A DNA stretch of 64,000 nucleotides, taken from contig CAWFQL010000012.1 in assembly GCA_963817915.1 (NCBI GenBank), positions 128,001-192,000 on the forward strand, read 5' to 3'. The DNA comes from an uncultured candidate division Zixibacteria bacterium. Lineage in GTDB: Bacteria > Zixibacteria > MSB-5A5 > UBA10806. The notes beneath the pieces are model-generated. The model was not told the origin of the DNA. It did no database searches and saw nothing but the letters and a program-made list of their open reading frames with translations. Below, one piece after another: positions 42,916 through 53,179 of this stretch. Position numbers and translations under genes: made by a program. Each line of letters starts with the position of its first letter. The stretch's first letter is position 1.

Positions 42916-43437
42916 ATGAAAAAAACACTAATCACCATAAGCGCCCTGATCATTCCCGTATTGATCGCGGGCTGTATTGCAACGGGAACCGTAGTTCTTG
43001 TGTACGATGTCGACTCCTTCGTATCGACCGATAACAGTGTCAACAAAGTTCATATAGACCTTAACTCGAATTCGGATTATACCAAGAACAAAGACAAGGT
43101 AAAATCGGTCGATGCTATTTCAGTCGTAGGTTGGCTGATTAATAATACCAGCACCGCAGATTCCGCTGAAATCTGGATGTCAGATGACAGCACTTACACA
43201 ACTCCGGCTCAAGTCAGAGCCAATGCCATCCAGATATTTGCTTCACCAAGTGTCCCTGCCAACGATTCTCTGATGATCGATTGGGCCGAAGGCATGTCGC
43301 ATATCAGGAATTTTGCGGCCATCGAATCAGAAGTTAATGGCGATGGAAATTTCTGGGTATATGGCATCGCTGCCCGTACACCATTCAATATGGGAGTGCG
43401 GGCCAGCCTTATAATTACGATTACTGCCGGATTGTAA
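42916..43437 (+). CDS. hypothetical lipoprotein
   Basis: Lipobox IAGC; SD GGAG. Confidence 0.75.
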   Translation: MKKTLITISALIIPVLIAGCIATGTVVLVYDVDSFVSTDNSVNKVHIDLNSNSDYTKNKDKVKSVDAISVVGWLINNTSTADSAEIWMSDDSTYTTPAQVRANAIQIFASPSVPANDSLMIDWAEGMSHIRNFAAIESEVNGDGNFWVYGIAARTPFNMGVRASLIITITAGL

Positions 43438-43470
43438 AATCTAAGCGCTTTTTCAGAAACGATATCATAT

Positions 43471-43503
43471 GCGGGAGTAGATCATTTCTACTCCCGCTTT
43501 TTG
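43471..43503. terminator. intrinsic terminator between convergent genes
   Basis: gcgggagtaga-tcatt-tctactcccgc followed by ttttt. Confidence 0.8.
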
Positions 43504-43518
43504 TATTAAAATAGCTTA

Positions 43519-44637
43519 TTAAAAAACCTGGCCAAAATTAAAAAATATTCGCATCCCCTCTCCGCTGAATCCGGTATCCAAACGAACAAGAAAATTGGCT
43601 GTGCTATAGCGAAGACCGACTCCCCAATTGCTATGCCAATTCGAAAAATTGAAATGAGAGAGGTTAGGCCAGACCCGTCCGGCATCGACAAATAGCACGC
43701 CGCCGAGTCGTTTGTAGAGATGAGCCCGATATTCAATTGATGTTAATGCCATGGCTTTATCAAGGAACCTATCGGCTTTATATCCTCTTGCTGTCCAGCC
43801 ATCACCGATTTTGCTTAGTTCCTGGTATGGCGTGTCGCCGTTAATATCCTGAATCCATAATCTTAATGCGACAACGTGATTTTTCGAAAAAATCCTATTA
43901 TATGAATTTGCCTCGATCCTGATTTTTGAAAAATCATTATTGTCGGAAAATGCCTTAATCGCTTTTTCAAATCGAGATTCGATCTTCATCCCCGATGATG
44001 GATCAAGCCAATTATCGCGGTTATCATATTTGATCATTATCGACGCCGCGATAATATCGGTTTCGCCCGTGCCAGGGGTGTCATTCGAGATCGTATTCCA
44101 GGATTGATCATAACCATAAACGCTGTGATGAGAAAACCGCAGTCCGATTTCGCCTACGAGCTTTTCTGTGAATCCGCGACTCAGAGCAAATTGAATTCTC
44201 GTCAATTCGCGGGGAAACTGATTCTTGTTGTCTTTGGTGTTATTGCCAATGCCGAAATAATTGCTTTTTAGAAATTTATCAAATTCTATTTTAAAATCTA
44301 AAGCCCATTTAAATCGTTTTCGATGACGAAATTCGAAATCGGGAATAGAAAATGCCAGGGCATACCACTGCTCGCCCTTTGTGCTCCCGAATAATATGAT
44401 ATCGTAGGATTCATTTTTCTTATGGATATTTTTCAATACTCCTTTGGCGCCAAATCCGAAACCGATATCTGAATCAAACATCGCGATCGGCAAGGCGCTC
44501 ATCGAAAACTGTTTTGGCAAAGAGATCTGGCTATTGGTGCCCTCTTGGCTAGATGTTCTTAAAAGCGGGAAAAAGCAGACTATAAATATCAGCGAAAGCT
44601 GTATTTTACGGAAATTATCTTTATCCTTTTCGCCCAT
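43519..44637 (-). CDS. Omp85/BamA-TamA family barrel without evident POTRA domains
   Basis: YDNRDN..PSSG, ARGYKADRF lid motif, LFVDAGRVW, GVGLRY, RLDTG, terminal FFNFGQVF. Confidence 0.8.
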   Translation of the reverse strand: MGEKDKDNFRKIQLSLIFIVCFFPLLRTSSQEGTNSQISLPKQFSMSALPIAMFDSDIGFGFGAKGVLKNIHKKNESYDIILFGSTKGEQWYALAFSIPDFEFRHRKRFKWALDFKIEFDKFLKSNYFGIGNNTKDNKNQFPRELTRIQFALSRGFTEKLVGEIGLRFSHHSVYGYDQSWNTISNDTPGTGETDIIAASIMIKYDNRDNWLDPSSGMKIESRFEKAIKAFSDNNDFSKIRIEANSYNRIFSKNHVVALRLWIQDINGDTPYQELSKIGDGWTARGYKADRFLDKAMALTSIEYRAHLYKRLGGVLFVDAGRVWPNLSHFNFSNWHSNWGVGLRYSTANFLVRLDTGFSGEGMRIFFNFGQVF

Positions 44638-44647
44638 TCCGCGCGAA

Positions 44648-46030
44648 TTATACCATCTTATTCAAATTTCCGTAGGCTTTTTTTGCCGAATGGGTCAAAT
44701 CGAATAAGCCGGGTATCAGCCTCAAAAATCTTAGCCGCTTGAATGGTGAGACTGCCGGCTTAATCCTTAAAGCCCGGCCCAACGATGACGCCTTACGATA
44801 TAGTTGACTGAATGAATCATAGAATTCCTTCGTTCCGAGCTTAGTTGGCAGTATGCTGTGGGCCAAATCATAAAGCCTGGTATCGTCATACATTAATTTA
44901 TCCTTCATCTTCTCGTGGAATTCAGTGCCCGGAAATGGAGTCAAAATCGTAAATTCATGATAATATATTTTCATCTTGTCCATATATCTGAGAATTTCTT
45001 CGAAATCTTTTTTGGTGTATTCAGGCCTGATTATAAATGCTCCCAACGGATCGACATTGTTTTCATGCAAGATATCGATAGCTCTGTTGTTATTCTCTAC
45101 AGTGCTTTTTTTGTTGAGGCTTTTCAAGTCTTCATTATTAGATGATTCCAGTCCCAGGAATACTTTTTTCAGGCCGATTTCAGCCCATTTTTCCACAAGG
45201 TCCGGATGACGGTTTATCTCATCTACTCGGCTTAAAATATAATACTTCTTATTGATATTTCGGGATTTTATAAGGCTATAAATATCGAGAGTATGTTGAT
45301 AATCGAAAAATAGATTATCATCACCCGCGTAAATATATTCCTCCTTTATTTGAGAAAGCTCTTCAACTACGAGCTTCGGCGATCTTTTGAGATATCGCCT
45401 TTTAGTCAGAACGGGGCAGGGGCAGAAATTGCACTGATAAGAACATCCGGCCGAAGTTATGATTAATGCAGTCGGACGCCAGACCAAATGAAAATATCGA
45501 TGACGATTATGCGATGTTAGGTCCCTACGCGGCATTGGCAGGTGATCCAAGTTGGTTACCGGCGACTTAATAGATGTATAATGAAGCTTGCCATCACTTC
45601 TAATCGCCAAACCTTCAATATCTTCCATAGATATATTTTGTTCGAAATTATTGACTGCCTGTGCAAATGAATCTGGCCGATGGCCAATTACGATAATATC
45701 AATATAAGGTTTATTGAAATCTGACGGCATCAAGGTGGCGTGAACTCCACCGACTACAGTCATTGCGAGCGGATTAATCTCCTTCACTTTCCTTAGAACA
45801 GTAAGCATGCGATGAACATGTATAACTGATCCAGATATTCCGACAACATCCGGCATATAATCCTCTATGACTCGTTCCCAGTTATTCTCCAACTTCATAT
45901 CGAGAATCTTTACATCGTGATTTGGAATGGCCCCGGCAAGGTATTCCAATCCCAATGGCTCTATATTGATCAGCTTTTTGGGGATAACACTCAATCGATC
46001 GGCGTCGGGGTATATCAAAAGTACTCTCAT
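44648..46030 (-). CDS. cobalamin-binding (class B) radical SAM enzyme, HpnR-like
   Basis: EPLGLEYLAG, VVGGVHAT, CSYQCNFC, FLGLES, ILTPFPGT, YDLAHSILPT. Confidence 0.85.
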   Translation of the reverse strand: MRVLLIYPDADRLSVIPKKLINIEPLGLEYLAGAIPNHDVKILDMKLENNWERVIEDYMPDVVGISGSVIHVHRMLTVLRKVKEINPLAMTVVGGVHATLMPSDFNKPYIDIIVIGHRPDSFAQAVNNFEQNISMEDIEGLAIRSDGKLHYTSIKSPVTNLDHLPMPRRDLTSHNRHRYFHLVWRPTALIITSAGCSYQCNFCPCPVLTKRRYLKRSPKLVVEELSQIKEEYIYAGDDNLFFDYQHTLDIYSLIKSRNINKKYYILSRVDEINRHPDLVEKWAEIGLKKVFLGLESSNNEDLKSLNKKSTVENNNRAIDILHENNVDPLGAFIIRPEYTKKDFEEILRYMDKMKIYYHEFTILTPFPGTEFHEKMKDKLMYDDTRLYDLAHSILPTKLGTKEFYDSFSQLYRKASSLGRALRIKPAVSPFKRLRFLRLIPGLFDLTHSAKKAYGNLNKMV

Positions 46031-46113
46031 ATGTTTTCCTTTTTATCGAGGGGCGCCGCTTTCAGCGCGACGCCCCCGTCCCCCTGATTCCACTCCTGTT
46101 GGAGTGTAAAAGT

Positions 46114-48285
46114 TTACCTTAGCAGGCTCATCTTCTTGGTTTGCGTATAATCATCAGCCAGCAATCTGTAAAAATAGATTCCGCTCGAAACATCCTCGCC
46201 ACGCATATTATGGCCATCCCAGATTATATTCTTTTCACCGGGATTCTGGTACTCATCGACAAGCACCCTGATTTCCTGACCAAGAATATCATAGATAGTC
46301 AATCTGACATTGGCGCCTTGCGGCAGACTATAAGATATATTGGTTTCAGGGTTAAATGGATTGGGATAATTCTGATTCAGTTGAAACTGTTCGGGCTGTT
46401 CGATATTGTCACCGGCTATAAGATGACGACCATTTTGATGTCTGATCGCATACATGAGTTTGTCGGCAAGATAAATCAACTGTTCGGCTGAGAAAGCCGT
46501 GATATGCCTGGCCCTTTTTTCTAATCGAACATGCAATTTGAATAGTTCGAGTCCGGCCAGAGCTGAATGATTGTGGCCATCCTCCAATCTCTCGCGAACA
46601 TGATAAAGAGTCCGCTGGAGGAATTCGGCTGTATTGCGCCTGCTGATAGTGCCATTTTCTCTGAATAGCGCAACGACATCGGATAATTGATCAGCTCCAG
46701 TCGCGGGGTCAGCATATGACGCCAGATCGAGCACCCTGCCTTCCGCGTAATAAGCTACGGGAGAATGAGCAACTATAAAATCCTTTGTCACATTATAGAT
46801 AAAGTAGTCTGTGGGCGTAAGGTTCATTACCTCGAAGCCTGGAATCTGCGAAAAGAATGGCACTACGGCATCGGGCACTGTCACCGAAATTATCGCTGAA
46901 GGGTCCAATTGGTGCCCGTTGATTTTGATCGATGAATAATCTACCCGCGAACCGGGAGGATTAGACGAATTGTACACATAAGACAAATTGGAGACATGCA
47001 GGAAAAAGTCTTCGACATAAGGCAGGTTATAAACTGAAAATTCCAGCCCCGCCATCAGAGACGCTCCGGTTGTCTGGAACGTTACCAATTTCAGGCCCAG
47101 TCCCGTTTGCTGATCGAATCCATACGGAACTGCCTGGAAAATATCCGAACCCTTTACCGCCCCCTCATAAATTGTCTGCGAAATAAATCCCTGTGGCTGT
47201 ATGGCGATATCTGTACCGGTGAGATTGCGGAACGCGTCGGACAGCATGTTGCCCATGGCATTATCGCGGCATAAACCTTCAGTCAATTGCTTTTTTAATT
47301 CGGTTGATGCCCGCGCGACTACATCGGTATATACCGGCCCAAAACGAGGATCGGCTTCGACACCCGCGGCGAGATTGCTTATCATTCCGGCAAGTGTCGG
47401 CTCCGCCGGCACTGTGGCATCTACAGATAGCAGCTCATAACTGTGACTTTGAACAACACCGTTATCGGTGATAATTTTGAGCTTGCCGATATACCTGCCA
47501 AATTCGCCCGCCTGTACAACCAACGTATTGCCTATTTGAATAGGGGTCGGAATCAATGTGTGAGTATGGCCGCCTATAATGACATCTATACCGGAAATCG
47601 TCGCTGCCGCCATTTGATCATAATCGACTCCCATATGCGAAACCAGAAATACCATATCGCAGCCTAATCCATTTCGAAGCGAATCAACCCAACCTTGTGC
47701 CACCGCAAGCGGAGGTGTCACAACGACTGGTGACGGATTCGATATCTGGTTGGTCAAATCGGTCATCAATCCGAAAATTCCGATCCTGAGTCCGCCGATT
47801 TCCTTTATAGTATAAGGTTGGACAAAATATCCAAGTTGCGGTTCGCCCGTGATATCGAGATTGGCGCAAAGCACCGGAAATCCCTGGGATGGAAAACCGG
47901 CCTGGTTCAATACATATTCCAATGTTTGCGGATAGAGATCGAATTCATGGTTGCCTAATTCCAGAGCGTCATAATTGAGCGCTTTCATGATTTCCAATTC
48001 TGCAATTCCCAAATACTCTTGAAACATGAAATCCCCGACAAATAGATCGCCGCTATGAAATAGCATAACATTGGGCTCCGTCATCCGATTCATGCCGACC
48101 AGTGTGGCAATCCGAGCCATCCCGCCCCAGGTCCAATCGCCATTTGAGTCCTTGGGACCGTACGATAATAAATGTGAATGGGTATCATTGACATGGAGGA
48201 TCGTCAAGGTGTCCACCTGTCCCAGTGCCAGCGAGAACATCCCCAAAATCGCGGCGATAACGAAAACCAGTCTTAATCTTTTCAT
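46114..48285 (-). CDS. secreted 5'-nucleotidase/metallophosphoesterase with a FIMAH-like domain and a T9SS/FlgD-type CTD
   Basis: HVNDTHSH, SGD, LGNHEFD, SHMG, GGHTH; NYPNPFNPET...SSGIYFYRL. Confidence 0.9.
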   Translation of the reverse strand: MKRLRLVFVIAAILGMFSLALGQVDTLTILHVNDTHSHLLSYGPKDSNGDWTWGGMARIATLVGMNRMTEPNVMLFHSGDLFVGDFMFQEYLGIAELEIMKALNYDALELGNHEFDLYPQTLEYVLNQAGFPSQGFPVLCANLDITGEPQLGYFVQPYTIKEIGGLRIGIFGLMTDLTNQISNPSPVVVTPPLAVAQGWVDSLRNGLGCDMVFLVSHMGVDYDQMAAATISGIDVIIGGHTHTLIPTPIQIGNTLVVQAGEFGRYIGKLKIITDNGVVQSHSYELLSVDATVPAEPTLAGMISNLAAGVEADPRFGPVYTDVVARASTELKKQLTEGLCRDNAMGNMLSDAFRNLTGTDIAIQPQGFISQTIYEGAVKGSDIFQAVPYGFDQQTGLGLKLVTFQTTGASLMAGLEFSVYNLPYVEDFFLHVSNLSYVYNSSNPPGSRVDYSSIKINGHQLDPSAIISVTVPDAVVPFFSQIPGFEVMNLTPTDYFIYNVTKDFIVAHSPVAYYAEGRVLDLASYADPATGADQLSDVVALFRENGTISRRNTAEFLQRTLYHVRERLEDGHNHSALAGLELFKLHVRLEKRARHITAFSAEQLIYLADKLMYAIRHQNGRHLIAGDNIEQPEQFQLNQNYPNPFNPETNISYSLPQGANVRLTIYDILGQEIRVLVDEYQNPGEKNIIWDGHNMRGEDVSSGIYFYRLLADDYTQTKKMSLLR

Positions 48286-48338
48286 CTTTGCTCTCCTTTC
48301 AAGAGAACTGAGGTTTAAGGTTCACAATTCTAATGCAA

Positions 48339-48354
48339 AGCAAGAGATATGCCA
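48339..48354 (-). promoter_or_regulatory. sigma54 (-24/-12) promoter
   Basis: Minus strand TGGCATATCTCTTGCT, an exact GG-N10-GC, about 55 nt upstream of ATG 48285. Confidence 0.7.
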
Positions 48355-48635
48355 TCGACAATAATGCGACTCTATATTCGATTATTTCACTGAAAGACTT
48401 GATCTTAGATTGTCAGAAAAGCAATCCAATGATGTCAGCGTGGTGATTACTTCATTACCCTAATAAATAGAAAACGCAATTTTCGATGTCAATGAAATAT
48501 TAATAACTGGAATCCAGATAATTGATTAGAGCGAATAACTCTGATGGTTACCTCGTCCTTCGGATAGATACTATATACTCTTAAAGATAATATTCTGATA
48601 TTTGGAATTGGATCAAATTGGATTCTTGTCTATAT

Positions 48636-48998
48636 TTATTTACCTATAATCATTTTTATTGAGATCAAAAGCAGGGCAATCCCGAATATCCGCTCCAATA
48701 TGACATTAGAAACATTCGTGGCGAGTCTGGCTCCGAAGAGGCTGCCGACAAAAAATCCCAGGCAGATCAAAGCGGCGATTTTTAGATCAACATACCCTTG
48801 TCTATAATAAGTCCAGGCCGCCAAAAATCCTATCGGCGGCACCAGTAATGCCAGTGTCGTCCCTTGTGCCTGATGTTGTGTCATTCCGAAAATAAAGATC
48901 AGCGCCGGTACGATTATAACCCCTCCGCCAATTCCGATTAGCCCGCTCAGCGCGCCAGCGATTAATCCCAATAAAATGTAAAATAAGAAATTATCCAT
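48636..48998 (-). CDS. half-size TSUP (TauE/SafE) family membrane protein
   Basis: GLIAGALSGLIGIGGGVIIVP...QHQAQGTTL. Confidence 0.88.
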   Translation of the reverse strand: MDNFLFYILLGLIAGALSGLIGIGGGVIIVPALIFIFGMTQHQAQGTTLALLVPPIGFLAAWTYYRQGYVDLKIAALICLGFFVGSLFGARLATNVSNVILERIFGIALLLISIKMIIGK

Positions 48999-49202
48999 AA
49001 TATCTCCTCCAAAGGTCTTATACTACTTCGAATAGTATTAATTCCACTGAAAAATCGCCTCCATAATAATATCAAGAATACCAATTCGAAGTTCCGGCAA
49101 AGTTCCCGTTACGGGCTGTAATTTTCGCTTGACTTAATATATCCCAAATTGCATGTTAGCGCTCAGGTTTTGGGTATTAGATGAGGGAATGAATCGGGGA
49201 AA

Positions 49203-50785
49203 ATGCTGAATAAAATAGGCTTCTACATAGCTCTGATAATCATATTACCTCTGCTTATATGGTTAGCCTATGAACGGCCGCATCCCGGATCCCAATCTTA
49301 CCCGCCCTACGATCTTACAGCCATCTCAAATCCTATAGATACAATTGGTTCAATAACATTGAATTGGCATATCCTTGCCGGTGATTCTGTTAATGCCCCA
49401 TCATTCCCCGATTATAAAATTTATCGTTCGGATTCTCAAAATGGCCCATTTAATGAAATTGGGATAGTGCCGCATTCTGCTCCTTACGCGACAATTCTTA
49501 CTCGTCAATTCATGGATACTACAGTTGCCGTTGGTTCGTCATATTATTATAAAGTAAATTGCTCAATCGACGGTAGTCCCGTTGAATCGAATATCGCCGG
49601 ACCGGTTTCATATTCGAAACCAACTCAAGCGATGGCAGGTGTTCGAGGGGAGACTATTATATTCCCCCCAACACAGCTTCGCGCGTTTGACTCCCCCAAT
49701 GATGAAGGTCATTCGATTACTCTCGAATGGAAAATTTCACCCAACGACACTCCCAAAAGCTTAAAATTCAGGGGCTATGACATATATAGAGCGGCCAATC
49801 CTGACGGCCCATTCGAGATTATAAGCGATGCCACGGGCGGCGAAACTGACCCCGGACGCCATATGAAAATTTTGAATGACGGTAATAATGTCGGCGATGG
49901 CGTGAACTATTATTATTATGTAGCGGCCAAATGGAATGGCCAGATCGCAAAATCGAATATAGCGGGTCCGGCTCAAGTCCAGCGCCCAATGGTTCCATAC
50001 CGGTCGAGCGGTATCATTGATTCTTTTGGGCATACTGATAGGGACAATATTATTCTATATCAATCAGGCGAAATCGGGCAAAGAGCTATTCATTCGCAAA
50101 ATCGCCGGTCTGGAAGCTGTCGATGAGGCAGTCGGAAGAGCCACCGAGATGGGCAAAAAGGTATTCTATATTCCCGGCACTCAGGATATGGATAATGTCC
50201 AGACAATTGCCGGATTGACCATACTTTCCCGTGTGGCAAAATTAACCGCCGAATATGAAACCAAGGTTAGATGTCCCTGTATCTCGTTCGCTGGTCATGA
50301 TCACTGCGCGCGAGGTGGTTAAGGAATCTTATCTCAATGCCGGCAGACCGGACTATTACAGCGATGACATGGTTTATTACCTGACGGACGACCAATTTGG
50401 GTATGCCGCCGCTATCGATGGTCTTGTTATTCGTCAGAAGCCGGCCACCATCTTTTATCAGGGCGCATTTTACGCGGAATCACTTATTCTCGCGGAAACC
50501 GGCAACTCAATTGGCGCGATTCAAATCGCGGGCACTGCCATGCCTGCCCAATTACCGTTTTTTGTAGCGGCCTGCGATTATACTCTTATAGGTGAAGAGC
50601 TATTCGCTGCATCGGCATATCTTTCCCGCGAACCGAAGCTCCTTGGCTCTCTCAAGGGTCAGGACATCGGCGGGAAATTAGTGTTTTTGACATTGGCGAT
50701 TATTTTCATGGTTATCGCTACAATTGGCGCCATCAACAGCTCCAATATTGTGGCCACTGTATCACGAATCTTTAATGTGAATTAG
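49203..50785 (+). CDS. module copy 2, subunit A: two FN3 + TM + DUF6754-like domain (frameshifts near 49978 and 50265)
   Basis: Three ORF fragments join by single-base removals; RKIAGLEAVDEAVGRATEMG, FYAESLILAETG, GEELFAASAYLS. Confidence 0.8.
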
Positions 50786-50798
50786 GCAGGGTAGTTTT

Positions 50799-51461
50799 TT
50801 GAGACGAGAAATTCCTCTTATCCTCACCGCGGTCATCGGCCTGACATACTTTATCCAATTTTTCGTGCCTCATAGACCGATGGGCTTCTTGTCCAATATG
50901 TTTACCGACTGGGTCATGATTATAGCAGCTTGCGCCATCTGGCTGGGAGCATTGAATCTTCTAAAAGTCTCATTAGACAAAATATATAAGAAAGATCACG
51001 ATTGGTTCTTTGCCGTAGTTACCATTATCTCATTTCTATTGATAATTATCGTGGGCTTCTTCTTCTCAGGCGGACGGAGATTCCAGGATCCCGGCACCAG
51101 ATTTGACTGGCTCTACATTAATATATACACACCTTTGATGGCTACTATGTTCGCCATGCTGGCGTTCTTTGTGGCCTCGGCATCATATCGAGCTTTCAGA
51201 GCCCGCAACGCTCAGGCAACTGTACTGCTTATAGCGGCATTCATAGTCATGCTCGGCAGAACACCATTCGGAGATTGGTTCAGTTATCGTATACTTTTCC
51301 TGCCTGCCGGTTGGGGAATAGGTGATCTTTCGAATATCATTATGAATTATTTCAATGTTGCCGGACAGAGGGCAATTATGATCGGTATTGCGCTTGGAAC
51401 TGTATCAACCTCGCTTCGCATAATTCTCGGTATCGAACGAACCTATCTGGGGAGCGATTGA
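50799..51461 (+). CDS. module copy 2, subunit B
   Basis: TTG start; RREIP, MLAFFVASASYRAFRAR, RIILGIERTY. Confidence 0.85.
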   Translation: MRREIPLILTAVIGLTYFIQFFVPHRPMGFLSNMFTDWVMIIAACAIWLGALNLLKVSLDKIYKKDHDWFFAVVTIISFLLIIIVGFFFSGGRRFQDPGTRFDWLYINIYTPLMATMFAMLAFFVASASYRAFRARNAQATVLLIAAFIVMLGRTPFGDWFSYRILFLPAGWGIGDLSNIIMNYFNVAGQRAIMIGIALGTVSTSLRIILGIERTYLGSD

Positions 51462-51462
51462 T

Positions 51463-52362
51463 ATGCAAAGCCTTTTCAAAATGCTCCTCGCTCTCGATAG
51501 AAGAATCATATTCATAGTTATCTTCCTCGCATTGTCCATTCCTATATTCTTGCATATGAAAATAGATATCGATGTTACCCGCGAGGTTGTCTCCTTCTAC
51601 AACGCCATCGAGCATCTTCCCGCTGGATCCAGGATATTGGTTTCATGCGACTATGACCCAGGCTCCGAGCCGGAGCTTCAGCCAATGGCCGAGGCCGGAT
51701 TCAGATACTTCGTAAGCAATCACTTAAAATTCGTAATTATCGGACTCTGGCCGCAAGGCTCGATGCAGGCTAATAAGGCACTTGTTACGGTCAATGAAAT
51801 AAAGAGCGGATTTACGGTTGAAAATGGCGATACTCTCTATTTTGGACGAGACCTGATTGTCGTGGGAGCCGATACCGCCCGCTACGGAAGGGATTTCATT
51901 AATCTCGGTTATCAATCCGGCAATGAATTGGTTATACAGAGATTGGGATCATCCATAAGAGAGACATTCCCCAATGACGCTAAATTCGGACGCCCTATTG
52001 ATACTTATCCACTTATGAGCAGCATCAACAAGCTTGCAGACTTCGATTTTATTTTCAATTTATCAGCCGGATATCCGGGTACTGTCGAATGGGTTCAATT
52101 TGCTGTTGATAGATTCCATGTCGCCTGCGGAGCGGGAAATACTGCGGTTCAAGCGCCCCAGGTTTATCCATATCTCGATAGCGGTCAGCTAACGGGTCTC
52201 ATGGGCGGCATGAAGGGCGGCGCCGAATTTGAAAAGCTTGTCAATTTCAAGGCCAAGGCTACTATGTCAATGGTCAGCCAGACGGCCGCGCATATATTCG
52301 TGATTCTATTTATCATAATTGGCAACATGGCTTACTTCGTAACTCGCGGCAAGAAGGCTTAA
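51463..52362 (+). CDS. module copy 2, subunit C
   Basis: DRRIIF, DYDPGSEPELQPMA, GGMKGGAEFE, AHIFVILFIIIGN. Confidence 0.85.
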   Translation: MQSLFKMLLALDRRIIFIVIFLALSIPIFLHMKIDIDVTREVVSFYNAIEHLPAGSRILVSCDYDPGSEPELQPMAEAGFRYFVSNHLKFVIIGLWPQGSMQANKALVTVNEIKSGFTVENGDTLYFGRDLIVVGADTARYGRDFINLGYQSGNELVIQRLGSSIRETFPNDAKFGRPIDTYPLMSSINKLADFDFIFNLSAGYPGTVEWVQFAVDRFHVACGAGNTAVQAPQVYPYLDSGQLTGLMGGMKGGAEFEKLVNFKAKATMSMVSQTAAHIFVILFIIIGNMAYFVTRGKKA

Positions 52363-52378
52363 GAAGGGTAATTTACTA

Positions 52379-53110
52379 ATGGGTTTCTGGGATACATTCG
52401 GAATTTGGGCTGCCGCCATTTTGACATTGGGGATAATATCATTCCTTTATAAAGACAATCCGTTTTATAAATTATGCGAGGCTATTTTCGTTGGTATATC
52501 CGCCGGATATTATTTTGTTTCTCTGTATTACCAAAACCTGCTCCCCAAGCTTTTCGATAATCTCGGCGTGACCAAATTATTCGGCTTCTCCAATGACAAC
52601 GGCGCGCTGCAAAATGTTTTCGCTGGTCAATGGGATTCAAGAATCTGGTATATTTTCGCGGGCGTATTGGGTGTGATGATGCTATTGCGTCTCGTCCCCA
52701 AAATTGGATGGATTTCTCGTTGGCCGCTGGCATTGATTGTCGGATCGACCGCGGGCCTTTATATGGTCACTTATTTCCAGTCCAACTTCTTAAGCCAGTT
52801 GCAGGTGACTGTAGTCCCGCTGATTAATTTTGGAAAAATCCACGCCCTTAATGGAGCATCAAATGCTGAAGACTTCTTCGGTGCATATCTTGGAAATATC
52901 GTCTTAGTAATAGGCACATTGACAGGTCTTGTTTATTTCTATTTCTCCAAAGAGCATAAGGGAGCGATGGGTGGCGCGGCCAAGATTGGAATTTATTTTT
53001 TGATGATCACCTTCGGAGCTTCCTTCGGCTATACGGTCATGTCGCGTATGTCATTGCTCATCGGCAGATTATATTTTCTATTCGGCGACTGGATGGGCAT
53101 AGTCAAATAG
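52379..53110 (+). CDS. module copy 2, subunit D
   Basis: SFLYKDNPFYK, YFYFSKEHKG, FGASFGYTVMSR. Confidence 0.85.
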   Translation: MGFWDTFGIWAAAILTLGIISFLYKDNPFYKLCEAIFVGISAGYYFVSLYYQNLLPKLFDNLGVTKLFGFSNDNGALQNVFAGQWDSRIWYIFAGVLGVMMLLRLVPKIGWISRWPLALIVGSTAGLYMVTYFQSNFLSQLQVTVVPLINFGKIHALNGASNAEDFFGAYLGNIVLVIGTLTGLVYFYFSKEHKGAMGGAAKIGIYFLMITFGASFGYTVMSRMSLLIGRLYFLFGDWMGIVK

Positions 53111-53179
53111 CAGTTTCCCGATTGAAATTGTGGTTTTTTATACCAATAGGAAGTTTTACAGCCGTATTACATTGAATTC

